Source: Candidatus Neptunichlamydia sp. (GTDB lineage: Bacteria > Chlamydiota > Chlamydiia > Chlamydiales > Simkaniaceae). From it: 40,122 bases of DNA. The stretch is from contig JAUHQH010000068.1 in assembly GCA_030408485.1 (NCBI GenBank), positions 1 through 40,122 of the forward strand, in the 5' to 3' direction. Position numbers and translations under genes: made by a program. Shown here one piece after another: positions 1-9,310 of the stretch. Positions within the stretch are counted from its first letter, which is position 1. The number at the start of each line of letters is the position of its first letter. The notes under the pieces are model-generated. The model searched no databases, was not told where the DNA came from, and saw nothing but the letters and a program-made list of their open reading frames with translations.

Positions 1-177
1 AAGAAGCTAAGATAAGAAAAGACCGTCTACCGAATCGCTGCTTTGAAAACGGAGAGGGTATAGTTCAATCGTATTGTCATCCGCGAAATGGTTTTATTTA
101 TTGATCAGCCAAATCAGGTTCGATCTCTTTGTTCTAGGCAATGGGCTAAAATATAATTTTATATTTTTTTCGTTTGG

Positions 178-284
178 TATAAATTTCTTCTCATCTAACA
201 TTTCTTCAGCGTTAAAAGAATACTGAATAATTTGCCGGTAAATAGGAGAACTATTGCTTGCCATAGACATCCTGAAAATTTCAT
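178..284 (-). pseudogene. tenA: TenA (thiaminase II) N-terminal remnant
   Basis: ATG at 284 overlaps the MFS stop (ATGA). Reads MKFSGCLWQAI / frameshift / SPIYRQIIQYSFNAEEMLDEKKFI, resembling TenA N-termini (MxFSxxLWxxxxPIYxxIxxHPFNxELxxGxLxxEKF); similarity is lost below ~178. Located in a thi operon. Confidence 0.6.
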
Positions 285-1516
285 ACTAAAGCCCTTTTTG
301 ATTGCCGCATACAAATCAAACATCCCAAAGTGCTTATAGTTATAATTAGTGGATAGAGGCTGCACATAACCAAAGAATGAGATTTTTCAAAAATCATTAA
401 ACAAATTGGCACAGTGCTCCCACCAAAAACTGATGTAGCAATAGCGGAGCTAATGAAAATACCACGACAACGTTGAGACACACTAAATTGATGCAACATC
501 CAACTATGAATAGGCCCTATCACCAGACAGGCACAGGCTGTAAGAACCATTTGTAAGACCAGCAAATTTCTGCATAAAAACGTTAAAGGGATGATGACAA
601 TAGAGAATAAGCAGATGCCTGTCAGAATGGTTTTTTGCATTCCCATCTTGTCTGCTAACAATCCAGATAAAATTAATAACACTCCATATGCAATTAGAGA
701 CTTAAATGTAGAGAAATCCTCTGTATTGGCTTCGATATTTATCAAAGGAAGAAAGATAAAAATAAAATTGTAACTTACTATAAAAAATGCTAGAACAGAA
801 ACTACGCTAACGACTTTTGACCATTCCTGCCTAATAAAAGCAAACCATTTCACTTCTTTCAATAACGTTTGATTCAGAGTGCAAAATGCAGGTGTCTCTT
901 GACAGCACTTTTTCAAAACATAACTAATTAGACCTCCTGCTGCTCCTACAAAGAAGCAAGCCCGGATCCAAAATTCATCTCGCATGACAAGAGACAAGGT
1001 TGCTAAACCATTAGCAAAAACTAAACCAAAAACAGCAAAGAGGCAGCTTAAAGAACTCATTAATCCATTTTGTTTTCGCTCAGAGTGTTCAAGGGAAAAG
1101 ACGATAGAGCCGTGGTACTCACCTCCCGAGAAAAAATGCTGAGCACCGATCAAAACAAGAAAATAAATCCATCCATCTTTAAGCAAATGAATGGGAATAA
1201 GTCCCATTAGGCCTGTTGCAATAGCTAGCCCCAAAGTTGAATAGATGCAAATTTTTTGTCTTCCATATCGATCCCCAATTAAACCATAGTAAATGGCTCC
1301 AGCTGGATATAGAAGGGAAGAACCGAGAAGAACTAAAGAATAAGAAAAAAAAACTGTGTTCCGTGCTGTTGTCTGTTGAAATAGAAGAGGTGCAAGTAAA
1401 GGTGCTATGAAACTATAAATAACCATGTTATAGGCTTCTACTGAGCTAGAAATCCATCCAATCCAAACTTCTTTTGGGAAAGCCTTAAAAGCTTTTAATT
1501 TATCAATTATAATCAA
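281..1516 (-). CDS. MFS transporter (MHS/ProP-like), probable thiamine or thiamine-precursor uptake
   Basis: 411 aa, ~12 hydrophobic segments, motif A GLIGDRYGRQK, FSGGEYHG and ETP motifs. Substrate inferred from the TPP-riboswitch operon. Confidence 0.85.
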   Translation of the reverse strand: MIIIDKLKAFKAFPKEVWIGWISSSVEAYNMVIYSFIAPLLAPLLFQQTTARNTVFFSYSLVLLGSSLLYPAGAIYYGLIGDRYGRQKICIYSTLGLAIATGLMGLIPIHLLKDGWIYFLVLIGAQHFFSGGEYHGSIVFSLEHSERKQNGLMSSLSCLFAVFGLVFANGLATLSLVMRDEFWIRACFFVGAAGGLISYVLKKCCQETPAFCTLNQTLLKEVKWFAFIRQEWSKVVSVVSVLAFFIVSYNFIFIFLPLINIEANTEDFSTFKSLIAYGVLLILSGLLADKMGMQKTILTGICLFSIVIIPLTFLCRNLLVLQMVLTACACLVIGPIHSWMLHQFSVSQRCRGIFISSAIATSVFGGSTVPICLMIFEKSHSLVMCSLYPLIITISTLGCLICMRQSKRALV

Positions 1517-1518
1517 AT

Positions 1519-2030
1519 TTATTCACCCTCCTCTTGATGCGGGGGAAAGTTCAATAAATGGTAAAAATGATGTACAGATCCATTTCCTTGACCAATTTTT
1601 AATTGCCTTCCAGTATCGATTGTTTCTGCTAAATACTCTTTAGCTTGGTTTACCGAATCCAAAATGGTAAATCCCCTTGTTAGAAAAGCTGTTATAGCTG
1701 CAGAAAAAGCACATCCTGTCCCATGAGTGTTTTGCGTTTGAATCCTTAGAGTTGAAAGCTGGTGAATTTCAAGATTGGGATTTTCTAAACATAGGCAACC
1801 ATCACAATCATCGCTTAGATGTCCTCCTTTGACAACTACAGCTTGAGGGTCCATCTGAATTAAATCTAATGCTCCTTTTTCCATTTGAGCTTTATCTCGA
1901 ATTTCTCTACCTAACAACTCAGAGGCTTCTAATGGATTGGGAGTTAAAAACAGTTGTGATTGATAAAAGCCTCTCCTTCATGCTAGAAATTGCTTTAGGC
2001 ATTAAAAACTTATCGCCACTAGCTAGAGCT
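1519..2030 (-). pseudogene. thiD: ThiD (HMP/HMP-P kinase) C-terminal part, frameshifted and 5'-truncated
   Basis: ASGDKFLMPKAISSMKERLLSITTV / frameshift in T-run near 1946-1950 / LTPNPLEASELLGREI..VVVKGGHL..NTHGTGCAFSAAITAFL..GQGNGSVHHF. Confidence 0.85.
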
Positions 2031-2437
2031 TGAGTGTCAGTAATAGCAAGAGAGGCAATTCCTGAAGGATTACCTCTAATGACCTCTACCGTGCCCGGAT
2101 CCAAAATGGAATGAGCTGTTTTTGTACGATAAGAGGTAGCTCCTGCACCAACAGGATCGAGTATAATCGGAGTACTCTTGGAATCAGCGGCCTTAAGAGC
2201 GACCATCATTCCTTGGATCCAAAAAGGGCTCAATGTACCTATATTTAAGACTAGACTACTTGCAATATTAACTACGTCTAAAGCATGGGCAATTATTAGA
2301 GAAGCTCCAATAGCCAAAAGACCATTAGCGGTGCTCTCGACAACAACATAATTAGTGATGATATGAATAAGAAGATAAGACTTTTTGATCGCCTGGATAT
2401 CTGACCAGACGCACTGAAGGTCTATCGGCACTTTCAC
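2031..2437 (-). pseudogene. thiM: ThiM (hydroxyethylthiazole kinase) N-terminal part, truncated and fused in frame to the thiD fragment
   Basis: LIHIITNYVV..TANGLLAIGAS..LNIGTL..ILDPVGAGATSYR..VIRGNPSGI; C-terminal half missing. Junction position approximate. Confidence 0.85.
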
Positions 2438-2527
2438 TCTCCCTCCGCTGGTATTATCCAGATCAGGTTTTAGGGATTCTCTCAGCTAGGATATGACAAA
2501 CATACCTAGCACCCCTGGTGATGAGAA
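2436..2527 (-). ncRNA. TPP riboswitch (THI element)
   Basis: Minus strand reads AGGGGTGCTAGG..CCTAGCTGAGAGAATCCCTAAAACCTGATCTGGATAATACCAGCGGAGGGA, matching TPP aptamer consensus blocks (GGGGUGC, CUGAGA, CCC, ACCUGAUC, GAUAAUACCAGCG.AGGGA); lies directly upstream of thiM. Confidence 0.95.
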
Positions 2528-2899
2528 TTTTGTTAACTTAAAAGGTCATTCTATCAATAAAAGTAAAATTTCTTCAACTGAAAAAAAATGAAGCAATCGC
2601 CGCTATATATCTTAAATAGCTATTAATAAAGAAGTTGTGTGAAGTTCAGCTTCAAGAGAATTCCAATCAAAAGTCCTAAATGCATCCAATCTTCCGGACG
2701 TTTTTTAAATTCCATCATTGTTAGAAAGGATTCACTCACTGGTAATAAAAGACTTTCCCCCTTCAGTTCCAAGTTCTGAAATACTAAATCTAAAAGTTGC
2801 CGTTTTCATCCACTTCAGAGTTTTCGCAAATCTCTCGAGTGCATACCGCTAAGTTCATGACCAGGTTCGCTATAATGGAGCTATTGCAAATAGAAGACT

Positions 2900-3130
2900 T
2901 TTTAAAAGAAATCAAGAGCAGGCAGTCCTAAAATATGGAAAGATCTCAAAGAGAAAGGGTTATCAGCAAAAGTGATTAAGGAATAGAAAGGTGTGAAAAA
3001 GATCGTTGATAAGGAAAAACCCAATCTCCTTGAGCAAAACTTTACTGCATCAGATCTAAACAAAAAATGGACGAGCGATACCACCTATATCCGAACAGAG
3101 AAAGGATAGGCATATTTATGTGCAATATCT
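2900..3130 (+). mobile_element. IS3-family transposase remnant
   Basis: GSPKIWKDLKEKG..PNLLEQNFTASDLNKKWTSDTTYIRTEKG*AYLCAI, typical IS3 OrfB with a stop and deletions. Confidence 0.75.
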
Positions 3131-3590
3131 ACTTGATTTTCTTGGCGCCTATTTTCTTCAAGACAAGGTTTTACTCCAAATTTTCGGTTATGTTTTTGGA
3201 GATACCCTTTTAAAAATTTATTCGCTTCTAATTTATTCGCTTCTTCTAATGTCCTTATTCCGGCTAATCTCATTTCTACCCTTCCTTTAGCTTGGAGACT
3301 ATGGGTGCAGATCAGATCGATCCTTAGCTCTTTTAGCGCCGCTCCATATTGGGTGAGATCTCCTTACCTCTCTTTTTGGTTTCATCTTACAAGATGCTGT
3401 GCTTAATCGCTATATATCCCTCTGGGTAGCCCATTTTCTCTTATGCACTCTTTTGTTCAGCTTCATATAGTTTTTGGTTGTTTCTGCTTCGACAAATTTT
3501 CCTATTGGGATTTCGCTTGTCGCATCGTCTATGAGCACAATTAAACTCATCCTTGACCCTCTCCCTTCTAGGTAATCATGCTCTGATCCG
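3131..3590 (-). mobile_element. ISNCY/IS1202-like DDE transposase fragment (pseudogene)
   Basis: GSEHDYLEGRGSRMSLIVLIDDATSEI..FVEAETT..GIYSD..TQYGAALKELRIDLICTHSLQAKGRVE..LAGIRTLEEANKFL, spread across frames. Confidence 0.75.
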
Positions 3591-3591
3591 T

Positions 3592-3859
3592 TATATTGGA
3601 ATCTATTGCTACAAAAGCTGACAAGTGAGGTCTAAACCATCGTAGTGGAGACGCAGAGACTAAACCTGCAAAACTTCTAAAGCAAACTGTTACTTTAACA
3701 CTTCTTGCTGCTGTGATTCACGATGCAGATTACTACATCGAAGGATCGCCACCAAAAATTTACAACACTCTTTTTGTGTTTACTCCAATTAGAGTTCCAG
3801 ATACTAGTATTCTAAAATCTGTTCAATCTGTTTGGAAAAACTTTGATGCAAAAGCTCTT
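3592..3859 (+). pseudogene. Truncated paralog of the 8831-9244 hypothetical gene
   Basis: 3670-3859 nearly identical to 9040-9229; more diverged similarity extends back to ~3592 and includes an in-frame stop. Confidence 0.85.
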
Positions 3860-4678
3860 CTTCTGACTTTTTCTCCCTCCGCTTCTACTTCAAATTTTTT
3901 GTTATCCTTTTCTATATATTTTAAGAGGTATTTATTTCCTCCTTCTATACTCGAAATTTCTTCTAATCTTAGTTCCTTTCCTAAGCGATCCTGCTAGGAG
4001 AGAATTTGGGCAGATTAGTTCGATATCAAGCTCTTTTAGGACTCTTCCTAGCTGAGTCATTCTTTTCTTCTTATAACCTTCTTCCATTTATGCCGGTCAC
4101 TGTAGGCTTTCCATCCTTTCTTTAAAACTTCCTAGATACCCAGCTGTTGTCTCGACTTCGGTAAATTTTAAATGGATGATCTTCTTTGTTCCATCATCTA
4201 TAAATCCTAATAGACAACTGGACTTCCATCTATTTGGATCAGTTCTCTCTCTATAGATCTTCTTTGAGGTCTTTTGACAGTCTCTACAGAAACTTGAACT
4301 CGATGATCTTCTTTTAGCTTTTCTGTTGCAAAAGAAGGTCTAAATCCCTGGTATCTGTTTTTTAGATGAGAAATAGTCTCTTCTCTTGTCTTCTCTCGAA
4401 TTTTTCTATTATTTTGCTTTCCTCTTTTCTTCGAAAGTAACCCATTTACCCCTTCTTCTCGATACCTCTTTAATAACCTTCTAAAGTGCCGATCGCTGAT
4501 CCCAAACATTCCTGAGGTTTTTATTTGGCTTACCCTTTGTTTTTCTACTTGCTTCTATTAAACCACATCGGTTTAATTTTTTTTTGTCATGACAACTAAT
4601 TTCTCCAATCCTTTATCCTCTCTATTTTTAGGACACCTCTATTTTGAAGAATTAGGACATTATCATTTTGATACTACA
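3860..4678 (-). mobile_element. ISNCY/IS1202-like element: left end plus internally deleted transposase
   Basis: HTH (GISDRHFRRLLKRYREEG..SKKRGK), IQIDGS, TQLGRVLKELDIELIC. Terminus TGTAGTATCAAAATGATAATGTCC at 4678 with a second TGTCC box. Confidence 0.8.
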
Positions 4679-4685
4679 CAAACGA

Positions 4686-5507
4686 TCAGTTCTTGAGCGT
4701 TTTTGCCACAGACTCTAAACTATCGGGCCCCGAGGCATTTTTAATGGGAGCAAAATATTTTTCCCGTTCAGAAAGGAGAACTTTATAACTTTTAGCATAG
4801 GGAAATAGATCGAAAATGAAATACTCCTTTTTTGAAAACCAAGATCCTTTAATTTTTTTTCGAACGGTGTGAAGAGGAAGAGAAACGGTAGTTCCTAGCT
4901 TGACAAAGTCAAGAGTGCAGGAAAAAATCCCTGTATTCCCTAACATTTCCTCGTTCAAATGGGTAGACTCTGTATACTCTTCCACCTGGAGCTTGTCCCC
5001 ATCCAAAATGACCCCTATTTTTTCATCAGGCCCCTTACGCTTAACCCCTCTTAGGACAAGATCTACCCCATGATTAGCACTTATAAGCTCCTTATCAAAA
5101 GGAGTTGCAAGAGGGTTATCAACCGGAAGAACTTGGAGATATTTTATCCCTATTTCTTTCCATTGATTCCAAAGCCCTTCCTGGCAAAAATAGGTAAAGG
5201 CTTTTCCATTTCCATCGGGAAACTCTCTTTCCATTCTCTGCTGAAAAAGGGTCACATTTTCTAACCCAAAAAAATTCTCTTTTTTTAAATAAGCAAGGGT
5301 CGATTCATGATTTAAGGGTGAAGTCATCACCGCTATAGGCGCCTTTGGATCTTTCACCTTTTGTAAAAGGATATGAAAAAGCGTTTTCTTTTCTTTTAGT
5401 GGAAGCTCGATACATCCTTTCGGTCTATTAAAGTCGAGTCGTGTTCCCTGCCCACCCGCAAGGATTAAACAGCCACAATTAAATCGGGTTTTTAAGGAGT
5501 GCGTCAT
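4686..5507 (-). CDS. UDPGP/UAP1-family nucleotidyltransferase (UDP-GlcNAc pyrophosphorylase-like), compact
   Basis: LILAGGQGTRL..PKG, MTSPLNH, PDGNG, VDNPL, EY and FAPIKN motifs. Probable start ATG 5507 overlaps the upstream gene stop; the ORF track extends to 5666. Confidence 0.8.
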   Translation of the reverse strand: MTHSLKTRFNCGCLILAGGQGTRLDFNRPKGCIELPLKEKKTLFHILLQKVKDPKAPIAVMTSPLNHESTLAYLKKENFFGLENVTLFQQRMEREFPDGNGKAFTYFCQEGLWNQWKEIGIKYLQVLPVDNPLATPFDKELISANHGVDLVLRGVKRKGPDEKIGVILDGDKLQVEEYTESTHLNEEMLGNTGIFSCTLDFVKLGTTVSLPLHTVRKKIKGSWFSKKEYFIFDLFPYAKSYKVLLSEREKYFAPIKNASGPDSLESVAKTLKN

Positions 5508-6396
5508 AGACCGTATCAACAGAAATATTAGCGACAGTATCATTCTTCCCATGGAGAGGAAGGTGTTCAAATAGTGGATTGGGAGAGTCGACTTTTTGAC
5601 GCAAGACTCCTTGCTGTGGATCGGCCCAAAGAGAGACAACACGGATAGGATAGGAAGCATCGACATAATAGGTCACTGATAATACTCCTGAATCAGGAGC
5701 CACTAAGTAGCGACACCGATTTTTAATGAGTGAAAGCATTTCAAAAACATTTGTTTTTCCTCGAAGATCAATCAAATCTTCCATTAAAAAAGCGGGCTCA
5801 CTTTCCATTCCAAAAAGGAGAACTTTCCCCTTTTTTTTCTCATGAATCTTTTTAAATAGGTTTCTCCAAGAAGGTAAGTCCCAATTTTTTTCATACTCAT
5901 AATAAACGCCCGTCTCTGCTTGAACATGGCAGCCAATGTAGGTCTCATTGGGGTCGAGTTCATACTTATCAATCAAGGCATCCCACTCTGGATTCCAGTT
6001 AAGTTTTGGTATCAGTGTTCCAAGTTGCCATTTCAGCCAACGAGTGGGGTTGGGTTTTTCTAAAACAACATCAAACATATTTGGACTAAGTTGATGCTCT
6101 TTTAGTACCGCATTCACATCCACTGCCTTTCCACGAACAACACTTTCTCCCACTATCACTTTCACATCATCGATCATTGCAAAAAGATCAGCTAAATCTT
6201 TTCGTGTGACAAAAGTGACGGATGCTCGAGGGATATAGCTTCTAATGCGACAAACAAGAGCATAAAGACCAAGAGGAATATCTCCTAATCCCCGATTCCA
6301 AACAACTAAAAAACGAGACTTCTCTTCTTTTTCCATTTTCTTTAGGAGTTTATCAAAAGGATTCGGGCGGAAAGGTTCGATCAGTTTTTTAAGCAT
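5479..6396 (-). CDS. Glycosyltransferase family 9 (heptosyltransferase-like)
   Basis: RGLGDI, KNW, IDLRGKT and APDSG motifs; overlaps waaF. Confidence 0.8.
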   Translation of the reverse strand: MLKKLIEPFRPNPFDKLLKKMEKEEKSRFLVVWNRGLGDIPLGLYALVCRIRSYIPRASVTFVTRKDLADLFAMIDDVKVIVGESVVRGKAVDVNAVLKEHQLSPNMFDVVLEKPNPTRWLKWQLGTLIPKLNWNPEWDALIDKYELDPNETYIGCHVQAETGVYYEYEKNWDLPSWRNLFKKIHEKKKGKVLLFGMESEPAFLMEDLIDLRGKTNVFEMLSLIKNRCRYLVAPDSGVLSVTYYVDASYPIRVVSLWADPQQGVLRQKVDSPNPLFEHLPLHGKNDTVANISVDTVYDALLKNPI

Positions 6397-7450
6397 GACT
6401 ATATACGTCCTCCATCTGTTTTAAAACAGCTTCTGTGACCTCTTCCACTCCTATCTTTTTCATACAGGGGAAGTCGATAGGACAGATCCGTTTAAAACAA
6501 GGAGAACAGGGAACCTTTTTCTGAATTACATTTTTACTTTGTCTATAAGGGCCTGTTGCAACTAGACTTGTCGAGCTGAAAAGAGCGACAAGAAGAACGT
6601 CTAAACCATCGGCGATATGCATCGGACCGCTATCATTCGTTAATAAGACGGAACAAATTTTGATCAGGGCTAAGAACTCTCGAAGCGTTGTTTTTGCAGC
6701 AAGATTTATGACTCGTTTTGGAAGGTCTACACAAATATTTCCAATAAGTTGCTTATGCGATCCATCCCCAAAGAAAAGAACAACATGACGAGGATCAGCC
6801 TCCACAAGGTTTTTTGCCACTTCTCTAAACCTTTCAGGAAACCAGCACTTTGCTGTTCCAAAAGCTGCCCCAGGATTAATTCCAATCAATTTGGCATCTG
6901 GAGGAATGTCAAATCGCTTGACAATCTCCCATCCGTTCTTAATCTCTTCCTCTGAAACAATCAAGCAAGGAAAAGTCTCCGAAACAGGAATTCCAAGGGG
7001 AGCCAACAGCTCCTTATAAGTGAGGACAAGATGCTGCTCTTTCCTCTTTTCAGGAAATAGGATAGGGTGACTGAGTAGAAAGTTCCGCCTATCACCGCGA
7101 TAACCAATGGTGTTTTTTACATTTCCTTTCCAAAAACGCCACGCAGATGAAAAAGAGTTCGTCAGCAAAATACCTAAATCATAACGTCCTTGCTTCAAAT
7201 GAGCGACGACATTGCGTTCATGAATACGACGAATCATTCCTTTAGAACGTTTAAATCGAAAAAGTTCATCGACAACAGGATCATGCTCTAAAAGTGGCGC
7301 GACATTTTCTTGACACATTGCTGTGATCTCGGCTTTTGGAAAGGCGTTTCTCAAATCAATAAGAATCGGAGTTGCCATAACCAAGTCTCCCAGCCAATTA
7401 GGCATCCGGACAATAATAGACTGAGGATTGAGATTTTTCAGGTCCTTCAT
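6389..7450 (-). CDS. waaF: ADP-heptose:LPS heptosyltransferase II
   Basis: RMPNWLGDLVMA, NSFSSA, NPGAAFGTAKCW, TNDSGPMHIA, CSPCFKRICP. Confidence 0.9.
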   Translation of the reverse strand: MKDLKNLNPQSIIVRMPNWLGDLVMATPILIDLRNAFPKAEITAMCQENVAPLLEHDPVVDELFRFKRSKGMIRRIHERNVVAHLKQGRYDLGILLTNSFSSAWRFWKGNVKNTIGYRGDRRNFLLSHPILFPEKRKEQHLVLTYKELLAPLGIPVSETFPCLIVSEEEIKNGWEIVKRFDIPPDAKLIGINPGAAFGTAKCWFPERFREVAKNLVEADPRHVVLFFGDGSHKQLIGNICVDLPKRVINLAAKTTLREFLALIKICSVLLTNDSGPMHIADGLDVLLVALFSSTSLVATGPYRQSKNVIQKKVPCSPCFKRICPIDFPCMKKIGVEEVTEAVLKQMEDVYSHA

Positions 7451-7497
7451 ACGAGAAAGGTTAACAGAAAAACTTTTTCAAGCCATACTGAAAAAAT

Positions 7498-8001
7498 ATG
7501 AGACAAAAAAAAATCATTATTTTAGGGATTGACCCAGGAACGCGAATCACTGGGTATGGGATTATCGAAACCGATCTTCGAAGCTATACCCCTATCGACT
7601 TTGGTTGTATCCGTCCCTCTACAAAACTTCCTTTACATGAAAGATATGCTCTCATCCATAAAGGAGTTGAACACCTTTTGGACAAGTATGCCATTGCAGC
7701 CCTCTCTGTAGAAACACAATTTGTCAGTCGGAATGCTCAAAGTGCCATCAAGCTTGGAATGGCGCGAGGTGTTGCAATCCTTGCTGCAACTAAAAGGAAA
7801 ATCCCCATACACGAATACGCTCCAAAAAAAGCAAAACTTGCTATTGTAGGAACAGGCGCTGCAACCAAAGCGCAAGTCCAGCGGATGATGCAAACTCTTT
7901 TAAATTTAACAGAACTTCCAACCCCAGAAGATGCAGCAGATGCCCTTGCTCTTGCAATATGCCATGCAAATTCTTTAAAACAGGTCCACTATGATGTTTG
8001 A
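7498..8001 (+). CDS. ruvC: Holliday junction resolvase RuvC
   Basis: ILGIDPGTRITGYG, ARGV, KAQVQRM, DAADALALAICHA. Confidence 0.97.
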   Translation: MRQKKIIILGIDPGTRITGYGIIETDLRSYTPIDFGCIRPSTKLPLHERYALIHKGVEHLLDKYAIAALSVETQFVSRNAQSAIKLGMARGVAILAATKRKIPIHEYAPKKAKLAIVGTGAATKAQVQRMMQTLLNLTELPTPEDAADALALAICHANSLKQVHYDV

Positions 8002-8599
8002 ATATATTAAAGGCACTCTCATTTCTATCAATCCCCATAAAGCTGTTGTCGACGTGGGTGGGGTTGGCTACCTTCTCCATATTCCTTTGAGTGCTTTTTC
8101 TGCGATGCCCCCCCTTAGCAAGGAAATAATTTTTTATATCTCTTCGGTTATCCGAGAAGACTCTCATAAAAATTTTGGATTTCTAAGCATCAAAGAGCGA
8201 GATCTGTTTGAAAAAATTAGTGGTATTTCAGGAGTTGGCCCTAAAACTGCCCTGGCACTCATCGGCCATCTCGATACCCAGGCTCTTGAATCAGCAATTA
8301 CAACAGCAAACTCTACAATTCTTTCTAAAATCCCAGGGATAGGAAAAAAAACAGCGGAGCGCCTTATTGTTGAGCTCCGCGATAAAGTTCTCAAAAGGCT
8401 CAAAAAATATCCTTTACCGACAACGCCTCAAAAAGAATTATCTGAAGAAGATCAAAAAATGAATGATGCTCTTTCAGCCTTGATGAACCTTGGCTATAAC
8501 TCTCTTCAAGCACAACGAGCCCTCAAAAAGGCCCTTTCAAATTTTAAAGAGATACCAGGACTTAGCACACTTATACGTAGTGCGTTATCAAACACATAA
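7991..8599 (+). CDS. ruvA: Holliday junction branch migration protein RuvA
   Basis: MFEYIKG, GVGY, ISGVGPKTAL, IPGIGKKTAERLIVELRDK, ALMNLGY. Confidence 0.97.
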   Translation: MMFEYIKGTLISINPHKAVVDVGGVGYLLHIPLSAFSAMPPLSKEIIFYISSVIREDSHKNFGFLSIKERDLFEKISGISGVGPKTALALIGHLDTQALESAITTANSTILSKIPGIGKKTAERLIVELRDKVLKRLKKYPLPTTPQKELSEEDQKMNDALSALMNLGYNSLQAQRALKKALSNFKEIPGLSTLIRSALSNT

Positions 8600-8632
8600 T
8601 AGATTTTTTTATAAAAAATTTTTCAAAAAGAC

Positions 8633-8748
8633 TGTAAAGGCAAAGTTAAGATATCTCCTTATGTAAGGTGGCTTGGTTTTTGTTTTCCGTCATTGGAGAG
8701 GACATTTTAACATAGCCAATGGGGGGACATTATCACGTTGCCGTTACA
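8633..8748. mobile_element. 116-bp MITE of ISNCY/IS1202 type
   Basis: Imperfect TIRs TGTAAAGGCAAAGTTAAGATATC and (reverse complement) TGTAACGGCAACGTGATAATGTC; flanking direct repeat AAGAC at 8628-8632 and 8749-8753; the right end resembles the IS end at 4631-4678. Confidence 0.8.
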
Positions 8749-8753
8749 AAGAC

Positions 8754-8783
8754 TTGACCACTCTCATTAGAAAATGGTAAACT
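8754..8783 (+). promoter_or_regulatory. Putative sigma66/sigma70 promoter
   Basis: TTGACC-N18-TAAACT with TG extension; upstream of RBS AGGAGG and ATG 8831. Confidence 0.45.
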
Positions 8784-8830
8784 TGTGCCAGCTTTTAATC
8801 AAACTTTCCTTAGCTAGGAGGAAAATTATT

Positions 8831-9244
8831 ATGACCGGAATGATTACCAATGTTATTTGCAAATCGTTTGCTGCAGGTGCTAGACTAAGTTATTATATCT
8901 TTGTAATTGCTGCTGCTGGAAAAATGGCTGAGCTTGGATTTAGAGCTGTTAGCTGGATTACAAATCCTGAGGAAGACAATATATTTGGATCTATTGTTGC
9001 AATAGCTACCAATTGGTATGGCGCAAATACTAGCACTGAAAAACTTCTAAAGCAAATTGTTACTTTAACACTTCTTGCTGCTGTGATTCGCGATGCAGCT
9101 TACTACATCGAAGGATCGCCACCAAAAATTTACAACATTTCTCTTGTGTTTACTCCAATTAGAGTTCCAGATACTAGTATTCCAAAATCTGTTGAATCTG
9201 TTTGGAAAAATTTTGATGCAAAAGCTCTTTTTGTAAATAGCTAA
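8831..9244 (+). CDS. Hypothetical membrane-associated protein (137 aa)
   Basis: AGGAGG RBS before ATG 8831; hydrophobic segments; partial paralog at 3592-3859. Confidence 0.65.
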   Translation: MTGMITNVICKSFAAGARLSYYIFVIAAAGKMAELGFRAVSWITNPEEDNIFGSIVAIATNWYGANTSTEKLLKQIVTLTLLAAVIRDAAYYIEGSPPKIYNISLVFTPIRVPDTSIPKSVESVWKNFDAKALFVNS

Positions 9245-9268
9245 GAAAACTGGTTTAATTTTTTGAAG

Positions 9269-9298
9269 AAAAAGAGGTACTAACGGCACCTCTTTTTT
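9269..9298. terminator. Rho-independent terminator-like hairpin
   Basis: AAAAAGAGGT-ACTAACGGC-ACCTCTTTTTT just after the 9244 stop. Confidence 0.6.
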
Positions 9299-9310
9299 AT
9301 TGGATAATTT

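Noticed and set aside
3215-3244. 15-bp tandem duplication AATTTATTCGCTTCT x2
   Set aside because: Slippage inside a dead transposase; two units with no spacers, so not CRISPR.
5508-5666. N-terminal extension of the 326-aa ORF
   Set aside because: Overlaps the GT9 gene extensively; family motifs begin after ATG 5507.
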